NCBI GenBank assembly: GCA_021790255.1
Contig: JAJYIE010000002.1
Location: 413 to 64,412, forward strand
Direction of reading: 5' to 3'
DNA: 64,000 bases
DNA from: a bacterium
Lineage (GTDB): Bacteria; Patescibacteriota; Microgenomatia; Daviesbacterales; UBA10151
Shown here: piece by piece, positions 11,395 through 21,351 of the stretch
Numbering within the stretch: the first letter of the stretch is position 1
How the letters are laid out: every line of letters begins with the position of its first letter
Notes under the pieces: model-generated
Database searches by the model: none
The model's input: the letters and a program-made list of their open reading frames with translations, nothing else
Told to the model about the DNA's origin: nothing
Program-made: the position numbers and the translations under genes

Positions 11395-12589
11395 TTACAC
11401 GGCCAAGGATTTAAAGGGCAACTACCATAAAGGTGAAGTTGAAACAGCCGACGAACATCAGGCGGCGGTGATTTTGCGGCGCAAAAGCCTGATAGTGATC
11501 TCCTTAAAATCATCATCGGAGAAAGGCGGATCGTTTTTCAAACAGTTTTTCTTCCGGGTCTCTTTCAACGAGGTGGTAATTATGACCAGGCAGCTGGCTA
11601 CGATGATTCAGGCCGGGCTGGTCTTATCAGAGGCGCTGGATATTCTGGAGGAGCAGCAGGCCAACAGTAAAATGAAACTTGTACTGCGGGATGTTTCTAC
11701 TGATATCAAAGGCGGAATTGATTTTGCATCAGCGCTGGAAAAACACCCGGAGGTTTTCCCGAAACTTTATGTTCAGCTGGTGCGGGCCGGGCAGGCCTCA
11801 GGTAAGCTGGATACAGTACTTTTGGAGCTGGCATCCAACCTGGAAAAGCAAAGGGATTTTCAAAGCAAGGTCAAAGGGGCAATGATTTACCCCGCTGTGA
11901 TTCTGGTTATGATGCTCACAGTCATGATGATTATGATGTTTGTGGTTATTCCTCAGCTGACTAAGATGTTCAGCGATGCTCAGATGCAGCTTCCCCTTCC
12001 CACGAAAATTGTTATCGCCATCGCCTCTTTCTTGATAAATTTCTGGTGGCTGCTGCTGATAGGAGTAGCGGGGCTTATCTACGGAGCCAAAAAGTTTTTA
12101 TCCACTCCGACCGGCCGGCTAATCTATGATAATTTCATGATTACCTTTCCGGTGGTAGGAAATATATCCCGCCTGGTAATAATGACCAACTTCACCCGCA
12201 CCCTGGGGCTTTTGGTGGCGGCCGGGATCCCCATTATTGACGCCATTAAGATTGTCAGTGATGTGGTGGGCAACAGTGTTTACAAAAAAGGCTTATTGGA
12301 AACATGCAAGGGTGTGGAGCGCGGCCTAACTTTTTCCAGCCAGCTTCTGGCTCTGCCCCTCTTCCCGCGCATTGTCGGGCAAATGATTAAAACCGGTGAG
12401 GAAACCGGAAAACTTGATGATATTATGTACCGGCTGGCAGATTATTTTGAATCAGAGGCGGATAATATCTTAAAAAACAGCACAGCGCTGGTGGAACCGA
12501 TTACCCTGGTAATTTTGGGGGCAGGAGTAGGCTTTTTGGTGGTTTCCATAATTTTGCCGATTTACCAGTTAAGCACGAACATAAAATAG
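11381..12589 (+). CDS. pilC: Type IV pilus inner-membrane platform protein PilC (GspF family)
   Basis: Starts MPVFSYTAKDLKGN..., the canonical PilC N-terminus. T2SSF repeats and TM helices. The track start at 11351 would overlap pilT, so the internal ATG is chosen. Confidence 0.85.
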   Translation: MPVFSYTAKDLKGNYHKGEVETADEHQAAVILRRKSLIVISLKSSSEKGGSFFKQFFFRVSFNEVVIMTRQLATMIQAGLVLSEALDILEEQQANSKMKLVLRDVSTDIKGGIDFASALEKHPEVFPKLYVQLVRAGQASGKLDTVLLELASNLEKQRDFQSKVKGAMIYPAVILVMMLTVMMIMMFVVIPQLTKMFSDAQMQLPLPTKIVIAIASFLINFWWLLLIGVAGLIYGAKKFLSTPTGRLIYDNFMITFPVVGNISRLVIMTNFTRTLGLLVAAGIPIIDAIKIVSDVVGNSVYKKGLLETCKGVERGLTFSSQLLALPLFPRIVGQMIKTGEETGKLDDIMYRLADYFESEADNILKNSTALVEPITLVILGAGVGFLVVSIILPIYQLSTNIK

Positions 12590-12664
12590 TTAATTTTTAA
12601 CCAAACACTTGACGAAAATCGGAGACTATGACAACATTAAAATAAATTGAGAGGGGGTGAGGAT

Positions 12665-13210
12665 ATGAGAAAAAATGCTCGCGGTTTCACTTTGGTTGAG
12701 CTTTTGGTAGTTATTGCCATTATTGCTATTTTAGCGGCAGTGGTGGTACTGATTATTAATCCGTTGGAGCTGATGAGGCGCTCACGTGATGCAGCCAGAC
12801 TGACTGACCTGGCAAACCTTCAGCAGGCTATTAATGTAGCGGCACAGGAAGCAACAGGTTCCGGAGTCGGCATTCTCTGTTTCGGCCAAACAGGCAATCC
12901 CACTCCAGGTACGGTTATGTGCCAGGGCAATACAAACACCGATCCTTCCAGCACCAGGCGTAATGCTGATGGTACAGGATGGGTAAAGGTGAATTTGTCC
13001 AGCCAGCAAAGTGTGTCAGTGCCAACTCTACCGGTAGATCCAATTAACAATAGTACCTATAACTACACTTATGCCTCTGACGGGCAAAGCTGGGAAATTG
13101 ATGCTGTTTTGGAGTCGCAACAGCAAATTAATGCCGGAAGGATGAGTAATGATGGTGGAAATAACCCCAACGTTTATGAGGTTGGTTCTAACCTGCTTTT
13201 GCTTCCGTAG
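12665..13210 (+). CDS. Type IV pilin (likely major pilin), class III signal peptide MRKNARG|FTLVELLVV
   Basis: Prepilin cleavage/methylation motif G|FTLVE with Glu+5. Strong SD GAGGGGGTGAGG sits 3-5 nt before the ATG at 12665. The track start at 12647 is a TTG. Confidence 0.8.
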   Translation: MRKNARGFTLVELLVVIAIIAILAAVVVLIINPLELMRRSRDAARLTDLANLQQAINVAAQEATGSGVGILCFGQTGNPTPGTVMCQGNTNTDPSSTRRNADGTGWVKVNLSSQQSVSVPTLPVDPINNSTYNYTYASDGQSWEIDAVLESQQQINAGRMSNDGGNNPNVYEVGSNLLLLP

Positions 13211-13211
13211 A

Positions 13212-14111
13212 ATGGTGTCAGCGGTCATAGGATTTTTACTGGGTGTTAGTTTAGGAAGTTTTGCTAAGGCGACCGCTGACAGGGTTATTGCCGGGAAATC
13301 ATTGAGGGGAAGGTCGTACTGCTGGTCATGTAAAAGGAGACTAAAGTGGTACGACCTTTTTCCTGTACTCTCCTACATCTCTTTGCGCGGCCGTTGCCGT
13401 TTTTGCCACAAAAGGATTCCTCCACAGCTTTTTATCTCTGAGATAGCCATGGGGGTATTAGTGGCTCTCGTTTTTTGGACGGCCCTGCTCCCCTACCCCG
13501 ATTTCTTGCTGCTGCCTTACTGGGAAATGGGCTTAATCGGGTTTGAGGTTTTGTTTAAGGTTTTTATCGTTTGTGTGATGTTTATTGTTTTTTGGACGGA
13601 TTTGCAAGGCGGGTTGATCTTTGACCGGGTTATGTACCCGGCTCTGGAGGCAGCAGCCATATTTTGGGTGGTTCTTTCAGCCCTGCGTTCTGCTTCATTA
13701 TATTATCAGCTGCAGGGAAGTTTAATCGGAAGGTTTCTGCTGCCTCCGCACACTGATTATTTATACCAGCACTTAAAGTCTATCTGGATGCTGCCGGTGG
13801 AGTCCTTGCTGGCAGGGGTTTTGGCTGCCCTCTTTTTTATTATCCTTATTTTGGTAACGCGTGGCCGGGGCATGGGCTGGGGGGATGTTAAATATGTGCT
13901 CTTTTTGGGACTGGCCCTGGGCTTTCCAAATATAATAGTGGGCTTAATACTCTCTTTTGTTTTCGGGTCGGTTGCATCTTTAGTATTGATAGTAATGAAA
14001 AGGCGGCATTTCGGCCAAACTATCCCTTTCGGTCCATTTCTTTCCATGGGCGCTTATGTGGCACTGCTTTACGGCCAGCAGATCATGGATTGGTATTTAA
14101 AGGCTTTTTAA
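13212..14111 (+). CDS. pilD: Prepilin peptidase / N-methyltransferase PilD (A24 family)
   Basis: CWSC...CRFCHKRIP zinc-ribbon tetracysteine and polytopic membrane domains. The start is taken at the ATG right after the pilin stop. The track start at 13149 overlaps the pilin. Confidence 0.85.
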   Translation: MVSAVIGFLLGVSLGSFAKATADRVIAGKSLRGRSYCWSCKRRLKWYDLFPVLSYISLRGRCRFCHKRIPPQLFISEIAMGVLVALVFWTALLPYPDFLLLPYWEMGLIGFEVLFKVFIVCVMFIVFWTDLQGGLIFDRVMYPALEAAAIFWVVLSALRSASLYYQLQGSLIGRFLLPPHTDYLYQHLKSIWMLPVESLLAGVLAALFFIILILVTRGRGMGWGDVKYVLFLGLALGFPNIIVGLILSFVFGSVASLVLIVMKRRHFGQTIPFGPFLSMGAYVALLYGQQIMDWYLKAF

Positions 14112-14182
14112 ATTTGGTCCTAAATTGGTGTATTGACAAGCATTTTAAGTTATGACAACAATAGATTAGATAAAAAAGTTCT

Positions 14183-14692
14183 ATGAAAAAACTACTGCCC
14201 AAAACTGCTAATAACCCCGAAGGCTTTACTCTTGTAGAACTTATGGTTGTCATCACTATTTTGGCCATTCTGGCTTTGGTTGGTTTGACTGCTTTTGGTG
14301 AGGCGCAGAAAAGGGGACGTGATGGTAAAAGGATTCAGGAAATTGAAGCAATTGCGCAGGCATTAGAGATTCACTATGTAAATACTGGTGCTACACCAGG
14401 GTACCAACCACTTGTAAACACTTGGTTTGCTGATGCTACTATTCCCCAAGATCCTCAGCATGGTGCGACTCCTAATTATGATTATTGTTTAAAGATGAGT
14501 ACTTCAACTCCTCAAACTTGTGATGCGGCGATTGGCCACCACCCTGCAGGAAACGGAAGTTGTCTTACTGGTGATACTCCAATAGTAAGTAATATAACGA
14601 ATACGCCTACAGCAGGAACGAGATATTGGATAGTCTATGCATTTTCTGAAGCAAATGATACCGATGTTTACTGTAAAACAAGTAGCCAGTAA
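14183..14692 (+). CDS. Prepilin-type protein (leader MKKLLPKTANNPEG|FTLVELMVV)
   Basis: Class III signal peptide with Glu+5. Confidence 0.75.
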   Translation: MKKLLPKTANNPEGFTLVELMVVITILAILALVGLTAFGEAQKRGRDGKRIQEIEAIAQALEIHYVNTGATPGYQPLVNTWFADATIPQDPQHGATPNYDYCLKMSTSTPQTCDAAIGHHPAGNGSCLTGDTPIVSNITNTPTAGTRYWIVYAFSEANDTDVYCKTSSQ

Positions 14693-14711
14693 GGGTTAAA
14701 GAGTTTAGAAG

Positions 14712-14734
14712 GCCGCCGGAAGGCGGCTTTTTTT
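14712..14734 (+). terminator. Rho-independent terminator (GCCGCC-ggaa-GGCGGC then T7)
   Basis: 6-bp GC stem, 4-nt loop, and a run of seven T immediately 3' of pilin gene 2. Confidence 0.6.
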
Positions 14735-14831
14735 GTGGGCTTTCCCGTGATATCTGGAAGGGGCGTAGCGAGCCGATGGGTTTAAGCGAGACCGGAATGA
14801 CAACAATCAGCAAATGTGCTACCTTTGTTAT

Positions 14832-15302
14832 ATGAGGGGAAAATCAGGGCTTACCTTAATCAGCAAACTTGCCAAAGGAAACCCGGCGGGTTTTACTTTG
14901 ATTGAACTGATGGTCACCGTTTCCATTGTGGCGGTGCTTATGAGCGCAGGAATGACTCTTTATGGTGATATGCAAAAAAACGGTGCGGACCAGCAGCGGG
15001 AGGGAGATTTAGCGCAGATCCAAAGCGCCCTGGAACAATATAAAGCGGACCAGCATTATTACCCGAGTTCGCTGCCGGCTGTAGGCAGCGCTTTGAAAGA
15101 CCCTGCTAATGCCGTGACATATTTGTCGGCTGTTCCGGGAGATCCGTCATCCGGCGCTTCATATTCATATGTGGCCGGGCAAACCGGCTGTACTACTGCC
15201 AATAAAAATTGTTATAGTTACACCCTCTGTGCTACTCTGGAAAATACCACGGGTGGCAGTTGTTCTCACGGCACCGGTAATTATGAGGTAGATTCACCAT
15301 AA
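14832..15302 (+). CDS. Prepilin-type protein (leader ...KGNPAG|FTLIELMV)
   Basis: Class III signal peptide with Glu+5. The internal ATG is preferred over the track start at 14814. Confidence 0.7.
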   Translation: MRGKSGLTLISKLAKGNPAGFTLIELMVTVSIVAVLMSAGMTLYGDMQKNGADQQREGDLAQIQSALEQYKADQHYYPSSLPAVGSALKDPANAVTYLSAVPGDPSSGASYSYVAGQTGCTTANKNCYSYTLCATLENTTGGSCSHGTGNYEVDSP

Positions 15303-15304
15303 AA

Positions 15305-15715
15305 ATGAGGCGTGATAGTGGGTATACTCTAGTCGAGCTAATGGTGGTAATTACCATCATTACTGTTTTGACTTTGGTGGCCGGAGTTTATTACCATGAT
15401 ATGCAGCTGAACGCCCAAGACGCAAACCGGTTAAAGGATTTGACTGCCATTAAGCAGGCGCTGGAGATGTACAGAAACAGTAACGGATCATATCCGTCCA
15501 ATATAAGTCAGTTCGTGCCTAAATATCTTAATGCCATACCCACCGATCCTGGTCCTTCCTCCTACGGTTACGTATTAATTTTACAACCGACCAACTATGC
15601 TTTATGTGCCCACGAAGAAGGTAGCGCTAACTTTGGCCAGCCGCCGTATTTGTGCACCCTATCGGATTGTGGAGGTGGCCTGGGCAGCTGTAATATGGGA
15701 CTTTCTTCGGAATAA
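15305..15715 (+). CDS. Prepilin-type protein (MRRDSG|YTLVELMVV)
   Basis: Class III signal peptide with Glu+5. Confidence 0.75.
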   Translation: MRRDSGYTLVELMVVITIITVLTLVAGVYYHDMQLNAQDANRLKDLTAIKQALEMYRNSNGSYPSNISQFVPKYLNAIPTDPGPSSYGYVLILQPTNYALCAHEEGSANFGQPPYLCTLSDCGGGLGSCNMGLSSE

Positions 15716-15716
15716 T

Positions 15717-16352
15717 ATGAAAATAGTCAGGATCCGTGGTTATACATTAGTTGAGCTTTTGGTAGTTATTTCAATCATGGCGATAATGACTTTAAGCGCG
15801 ATGCCGATTTTTAGGAACTACCAAAATGATCAGAAGGTTAAAGCGGCAGCCCTGCAGCTTCAGGAAGCTCTGCGCGAGGCTCAAAATAACGCCTTAAGTG
15901 GAGTAGTTTGCGCACCGAATAATCCGGCAGATAACTGGGGAATAATTTTCGGAGATGACCAAACTACCTCCACTAATAATTATCAGGTGGCACCTGTATC
16001 TTATAGCGCTTCCGGTAACAGCTTGATTGTAAGTTCCCCTTGTCCGGGCGGAAGCCCTCCCAGCCCGCCGCTTATCACAAGTAATTTTGCTTCTCCGATT
16101 CAAATTCTAAAGCTGAACGGCACTTCCGGTCATAATTGTGCTAATCATGGGCATCTGAAATCCCTGGGCATTGCCTTTCAAAATGTGTCCGGGGCGATTA
16201 AGTTTGCCAGCGGCAGCAATAGCCCCAATTGTGCTCCCAACAGCGGCTTTTTGGAATTTGTCCTGGCTCCGGCCAGGGCTACCTCTCCGACGGTGACCGT
16301 TCACGTTGACAACGGTGGGGCGATTTATACTTGCCAGGGCAGCGGGTGTTAG
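15717..16352 (+). CDS. Prepilin-type minor pilin/pseudopilin (MKIVRIRG|YTLVELLVV)
   Basis: Class III signal peptide. The internal ATG is chosen because the track start at 15597 lies inside the previous gene. Confidence 0.75.
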   Translation: MKIVRIRGYTLVELLVVISIMAIMTLSAMPIFRNYQNDQKVKAAALQLQEALREAQNNALSGVVCAPNNPADNWGIIFGDDQTTSTNNYQVAPVSYSASGNSLIVSSPCPGGSPPSPPLITSNFASPIQILKLNGTSGHNCANHGHLKSLGIAFQNVSGAIKFASGSNSPNCAPNSGFLEFVLAPARATSPTVTVHVDNGGAIYTCQGSGC

Positions 16353-16394
16353 TTCGTTGACACCCCCCTCTCAAACCAATATAGTGGAATAAGG

Positions 16395-16901
16395 ATGAAT
16401 TTGCCCAAAAAGTTGTATTGGAGGCAAACTGGTCAGGGTCTGACGGAGGTATTAATTGCGCTGATGGTGGGGGCGATTCTGGTAGGGGCGATGGTGGTGG
16501 TAGTAATTACCAGCATGAAAAACTCGGAATATGCCCAGGATCAGACCAAAGCTACAAAATACGCCCAGGATGCCCTGGACCAGATCCGGGCTATCCGTGA
16601 CCGTAATGGGACAGTTGGTTGCAGCGGCTGTACTACCGGCACATTCCAAGACTTCTTTAGTGCCGCTCCCCCACCCCTGCCAAAATATTTTACTATCAGT
16701 TCCGGGGCGCTGGAAGAACAGCCGTCATCAACACCAGTGGCAATAACAGGTGAAGTCGGCCTGTCCCGGGAGATCGAAGTTGCCAGTCCTCCCGGCGGCT
16801 ATGCTGGGGTAAAGGTGACAGTCTGGGTTTATTGGAATGATTCGAAGGGCCAGCATTCATCACAACTGGAAACGGTTTTGACGCCTTACGGTTATAATTG
16901 A
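16395..16901 (+). CDS. Prepilin-type minor pilin (atypical leader ...QTGQG|LTEVLIALMV)
   Basis: Gly, then a hydrophobic helix with Glu at +3/+4. PilW/FimT-like architecture. Confidence 0.6.
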   Translation: MNLPKKLYWRQTGQGLTEVLIALMVGAILVGAMVVVVITSMKNSEYAQDQTKATKYAQDALDQIRAIRDRNGTVGCSGCTTGTFQDFFSAAPPPLPKYFTISSGALEEQPSSTPVAITGEVGLSREIEVASPPGGYAGVKVTVWVYWNDSKGQHSSQLETVLTPYGYN

Positions 16902-17554
16902 GGAGACGCATGAAAAAAAAATATTTACTGAGACTGCATGGTTTTAGTGTGGTGGAGCTTATTATAGTCATTGCAATGGCCGGTGTACTGGGCATTGTCT
17001 TTACCACTATAATGATCCAGTCAATGCGCGGGCAAAATAAAGTTAATGCCATCGACCAGGTCAAACAAAACGGCCAGCTTGTAATGAATGAGCTTTCCAA
17101 CGAAATCCGCATGGCTGATCAGGTTGTTTGCACAACCACAACAGGCCCGCAAACTCTGGTAGTGCTGGAGAATGGCTTGTATTACCGCTATACGTTGGTT
17201 TCCCCAAGCGGCGGAGCTAATGGCTATATTAAGAAGGAGATTTCCCCGACAGTAGATTCGGGGACAAATCCGCCCTTGAGTGCGGGTACCACTAAAGATC
17301 AGGTGTGTGCAACGGTTTTTTCTTCCGCGGCCACCTCACTCACATTAAGTGATACCAATACACAAACTGGGGTCTCAATCAATGCTCCGGCCGCTCCTGA
17401 TACGGTGTTTACCGAGAATACCGCAGGCGGTTATGATACAGTGACAATTAAATTTGTAATTTCCCCGGCTGTGAGCGTAAGTAGCCTTGAGGAAAACAGG
17501 GTTTCTCCCGAAACTTTTACGACTACGGTGGAACTGCAAGGAATGCAGAGATGA
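16898..17554 (+). CDS. Prepilin-type minor pilin (…RLHG|FSVVELIIV)
   Basis: Class III signal peptide with Glu+5. 4-nt overlap with its neighbours. Confidence 0.7.
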   Translation: MRRRMKKKYLLRLHGFSVVELIIVIAMAGVLGIVFTTIMIQSMRGQNKVNAIDQVKQNGQLVMNELSNEIRMADQVVCTTTTGPQTLVVLENGLYYRYTLVSPSGGANGYIKKEISPTVDSGTNPPLSAGTTKDQVCATVFSSAATSLTLSDTNTQTGVSINAPAAPDTVFTENTAGGYDTVTIKFVISPAVSVSSLEENRVSPETFTTTVELQGMQR

Positions 17555-18495
17555 AAACAACCAACAAACAGCTTGGGCAGATCGCCATTATCAGTTTGCT
17601 TATTATAGTCACGGTTTTGGCAATCGCACTCTCAGTTGTGGGCAGAAGCACAACAGAGCTTTCCTCCTCCAGCCGGACGGAAGAATCTTCCCGGGCACTG
17701 TCTGCTGCCGAAGGCGGTTTGGAGCAGGCTTTGTACCAACTGGGCACGGGATCCACAGCTGTTAATATCGCTCCCAACTCACCTTTCGGAAATAATACTT
17801 CCCTGAGTGTACAATCCTTCTCCTTGCCGGCCTCGGGGTTAGCTTTAGCTTATCCTCCTATTACCAAGTCCGATTTCGCCCAATTCTGGCTGGCTAACCC
17901 GACCCAAGTCGACGCCAACGGTGTACCGGCAAGTTACTATATGGCCTCAACTTTTAATGTTTATTTCGGCATGACAGCGCAGGATTTGATTAACATGAAC
18001 CTTTCCGGCCATTATACCTCCGCTCCTGATGATCAGCCGGCGCTGGAGGTCAGGTTGATTTCCTTTAACGGTTCAGGTTATGAATCAGCTAGCTATCTTT
18101 TTGACTCGTATTCAGGCAGAAACCCTCCGAATAATTTTCAGCTTCTGAGTTGTGGTAGTTTTTCTGTGTCAACCAATACAGGCAGTCCGGATGACCAGAA
18201 GTCATTTTACTGCAGAATCCAGATAACGGTCAAAGACGGTAGTGGAAATTCTTATATGCCGAGCGTATCCCATTATCCGGTGATGGCCAGGGCAAGGATT
18301 CTCTATAGCTCGCTCGCCCATCCTGTGGCGGTTGAACCAATATCAGGGTATAACCTCTATCCGCAAGCTAATATTGTTGAATCCACGGGAACGATTGCTA
18401 ACGTCCAGAGAAAGATCAGTGTGTTCCAGCAGCAAAATGTCCTGCCGATTTTTCTTGACTTTGCCCTGTTTTCCGGCGGTTCACTGTCCAAATGA
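17551..18495 (+). CDS. PilX-N-like minor pilin (…KQLG|QIAIISLLIIV… ALSAAEGGLEQAL)
   Basis: N-terminal hydrophobic helix followed by an ALSAAE(A/G)GLE-like PilX_N signature. Confidence 0.6.
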   Translation: MKTTNKQLGQIAIISLLIIVTVLAIALSVVGRSTTELSSSSRTEESSRALSAAEGGLEQALYQLGTGSTAVNIAPNSPFGNNTSLSVQSFSLPASGLALAYPPITKSDFAQFWLANPTQVDANGVPASYYMASTFNVYFGMTAQDLINMNLSGHYTSAPDDQPALEVRLISFNGSGYESASYLFDSYSGRNPPNNFQLLSCGSFSVSTNTGSPDDQKSFYCRIQITVKDGSGNSYMPSVSHYPVMARARILYSSLAHPVAVEPISGYNLYPQANIVESTGTIANVQRKISVFQQQNVLPIFLDFALFSGGSLSK

Positions 18496-18917
18496 AAAAG
18501 TTTTTAGTAGAAAAGCAAGCGGGTGTCACGCTGGTAGAGTTGATTTTGGCTCTTTTGGTGGTATCCGCCCTGATTATTATTCTCAGCAATCTGCCTTCCT
18601 CACTGTCTGCCATCAGCCGCAATCGCAACGGCTCAATCGCCCGGGACGCAGCCAGCAAGCAGATGGAATATCTGCGTCGATTAGGTTATGATAACCTACC
18701 TCCCACCGGAAGCTTCTCTGACAGCTCTTTGAACAGCTTGCCATTTGCTACTGCCAGCTTTGAGGTTGATCCCTGCCCGGTTACAATTTGCACCAGCGGT
18801 GATCCCAATAGAGAGCCGGCTAAACTGGTGAAGGTAGATGTGAGCTGGAATGAATCCGGCGATAATAAAAAAATTGATCTTACCACTCTTATCAGTAAGG
18901 GAGGTTTAGGCCAATGA
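18492..18917 (+). CDS. Prepilin-type minor pilin (PilV-like; MKKFLVEKQAG|VTLVELILAL)
   Basis: Class III signal peptide with Glu+5. Confidence 0.7.
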   Translation: MKKFLVEKQAGVTLVELILALLVVSALIIILSNLPSSLSAISRNRNGSIARDAASKQMEYLRRLGYDNLPPTGSFSDSSLNSLPFATASFEVDPCPVTICTSGDPNREPAKLVKVDVSWNESGDNKKIDLTTLISKGGLGQ

Positions 18918-19480
18918 AGGGATTTACCCTGGTAGAAACGCTTCTGACTACCAGCATCGCGGTGATTGTGGGGATAGTTTTACTATCCATTTTTCTTAAC
19001 CACACTGGGGTTTTTTATAAGCAAAACGCTCTGGTTACTGAAGGCTTAGGCTTAAATGATGCCATGAGTGTTTTAAGCAACCAGATCCGGCAAGGTGTAA
19101 GTGTGGCTGCCGGCTATCCGGAATCTTCCCCAACCATCCTTTCATCAGATACAGTTTTAGTCCTTAAATTACCTGCCCTTTCTTCCTCCGGGGTGATTAG
19201 CAATGTTTATGACTTCGTGGCGATTTTCCCAGATTTAAGCACCCCAACTGTGCTGCGGATGCAGACTTTCCCTGACCCGGCCAGTATCAGGCCGGGGAGC
19301 AACCAGGTACTAACCACCTTGCTGCAGTCGGTCAAATTTACCTACTATGACCATAGTGGCAATGTTGTTACTCCGACCAATGCTGCTTTGGTAGGGGTGG
19401 ACCTGACGGTTTTATCCAAGACCGGCTCAATCGGCTCCAGCAGGACAACTAAAGCGGTGGTTGATTTGAGGAACCATTAA
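18914..19480 (+). CDS. Prepilin-type minor pilin (MKG|FTLVETLL)
   Basis: Short class III leader with Glu+5. Confidence 0.7.
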   Translation: MKGFTLVETLLTTSIAVIVGIVLLSIFLNHTGVFYKQNALVTEGLGLNDAMSVLSNQIRQGVSVAAGYPESSPTILSSDTVLVLKLPALSSSGVISNVYDFVAIFPDLSTPTVLRMQTFPDPASIRPGSNQVLTTLLQSVKFTYYDHSGNVVTPTNAALVGVDLTVLSKTGSIGSSRTTKAVVDLRNH

Positions 19481-21289
19481 ATGAGAAAAAGGCATTTTTT
19501 CAGCAGTGAAAAATGTTCAGAGGGACAGATTTTAATGCTTGCGCTGTTTATTATGGTGATTGTGATGACCACCACCCTGATTATTATCAGTGGCTCACTG
19601 ATTTATTCCGAAAACACCAATTACTCACTACAGTCGCTGCAGGCTCTTAACTTGGCGGAAGCCGGAGTGGATAAGGCTGTTGCTTCGCTGAATGCCACAA
19701 GCGGCGCTTACTCAGGCGAGGACGGTACGGTTTTAGGCGCCGGACAGTATTCAGTGGTGATTACAACACCTGATGCCGGAACTAAACTTGTGGAATCCAC
19801 GGGATTTGTTCCCAGCAAAGACAATCCGAAGGCAAAAAGAACAATTGATATAACTGTGGCCAAGGGAGTGGGAGTGGCTTTTAATTACGGAGTCCAGGTT
19901 GGAGAAGGCGGTTTTCAGATGGCCAATGGCAGTGAAATTAAGGGGTCAATTTATTCTGACGGCAATATTATTATGAGCAACAACGCTCAGATTACCGGGG
20001 ACGCTTATGTTGCCGGCGGTACGGCCCCAAATCCTGACCAGCAGAGCGTTTGTAGCACTTACTGCGGTGATTTTATTTTCGGAACAAATGTTAACGGGCA
20101 GGACCGGCTGGATGTGGCACAAAGTTTTGTTCCCGGTGTTTCCGATTACCTAAATAAAGTGTCAATCAGGCTGAAAAAACAGGGCACGCCGCCGGACCTT
20201 ACCCTACGGCTTTTGGGAGACAGCGGTGGTCAGCCTGACCAAAAAAACGTCATTGCTTCCGGAACCCTGACAGCTGGGTTGGTAGGTAATGAGTATGGCT
20301 TTGTTGATGTGCCTTTTTCTTCACCTCCCAAGGTAACTGCCGGAACTGTCTACTGGATTATGCTTGATACCTCAGAAGACAGCAATAATTACTGGTACTG
20401 GGAGGCAGATACTATGCAGGGATACACCTTAGGCCAGGCGAAATGGTCACAAAACTGGCAGGCTAAAAATCCTATCTGGAATACCCCCTCGCCTCCTCTG
20501 GATTTGGACTTTGAAACATATATGGGCGGCACAGCCACATATATTCAGGGCAGCCAGGGTGTGACTATTGGCGGAGATGCTCATGCTAATACCTTGGAAA
20601 ACCTGCTGATAACCGGCAGTGCGTATTATCAGGTAGCGCAGAATATTTCGGCAGCCCATTCTTATCCCGGATCTGCCGATCCGCCCAATGTTGCTATGCC
20701 GGTGTCGGAAAGTAATATCTTATCATGGGAAAGCCGGGCTGAAAAAGCCAACCCGTCACTTGGACCGGTTAATAATTGTGTGGCCACCCTTGGCCCCGGT
20801 AAATACAACGGTGATGTGACAATTCTCAGCAACTGCACGGTCACGATTGAAGATCCGATCTGGATTACCGGGAATTTAACACTGGGAAACGGGGTTCAGT
20901 TTAATCTTGATCCTTCTTACGGTCCATCTTCTGGGGTAATTTTAGTGAGCGGCAAGGTAAACATTTCGAATACGGTGACAATAAACGGCTCGGGGAGTGC
21001 GGGGAGCTACCTGATGATGCTGACAATTTTTGATTCTCGCCCCGGGTCTCCCACCGCTGGCCAAATTGCCCTTTCAACGTCAAACGCCGGAACTGCCGGT
21101 ATCCTCTACGCGCCTTACGGTATTGCCCAAATTAACAACGGAGATAAACTGAGTGAAATATCGGCCTGGGAGGTGGAAATGGGCACAGGGGTACAAATAA
21201 CATACCAAACCGGTTTTGCCTCAACATTCTTTTCAGTCGGCCCCTCCGGCGCTTTTTCCCTGGTTAAGGGAACATATCAGCTGAAGTAG
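19481..21289 (+). CDS. Large (602 aa) pilus-associated protein: PilX-N-like N-terminus plus Gly/Asn-rich beta-helix-like body (putative tip/adhesin)
   Basis: N-terminal TM helix followed by LNLAEAGVDKAV (PilX_N-like). Body has repetitive G/N/T-rich segments such as SDGNIIMSNNAQITGDAYVAGG. Confidence 0.55.
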   Translation: MRKRHFFSSEKCSEGQILMLALFIMVIVMTTTLIIISGSLIYSENTNYSLQSLQALNLAEAGVDKAVASLNATSGAYSGEDGTVLGAGQYSVVITTPDAGTKLVESTGFVPSKDNPKAKRTIDITVAKGVGVAFNYGVQVGEGGFQMANGSEIKGSIYSDGNIIMSNNAQITGDAYVAGGTAPNPDQQSVCSTYCGDFIFGTNVNGQDRLDVAQSFVPGVSDYLNKVSIRLKKQGTPPDLTLRLLGDSGGQPDQKNVIASGTLTAGLVGNEYGFVDVPFSSPPKVTAGTVYWIMLDTSEDSNNYWYWEADTMQGYTLGQAKWSQNWQAKNPIWNTPSPPLDLDFETYMGGTATYIQGSQGVTIGGDAHANTLENLLITGSAYYQVAQNISAAHSYPGSADPPNVAMPVSESNILSWESRAEKANPSLGPVNNCVATLGPGKYNGDVTILSNCTVTIEDPIWITGNLTLGNGVQFNLDPSYGPSSGVILVSGKVNISNTVTINGSGSAGSYLMMLTIFDSRPGSPTAGQIALSTSNAGTAGILYAPYGIAQINNGDKLSEISAWEVEMGTGVQITYQTGFASTFFSVGPSGAFSLVKGTYQLK

Positions 21290-21351
21290 CGAAGAGAAAG
21301 AATCTTGCAAAGTGGGGCTTTTGCACCTAAACTGGAGATAGGTAAAAGATT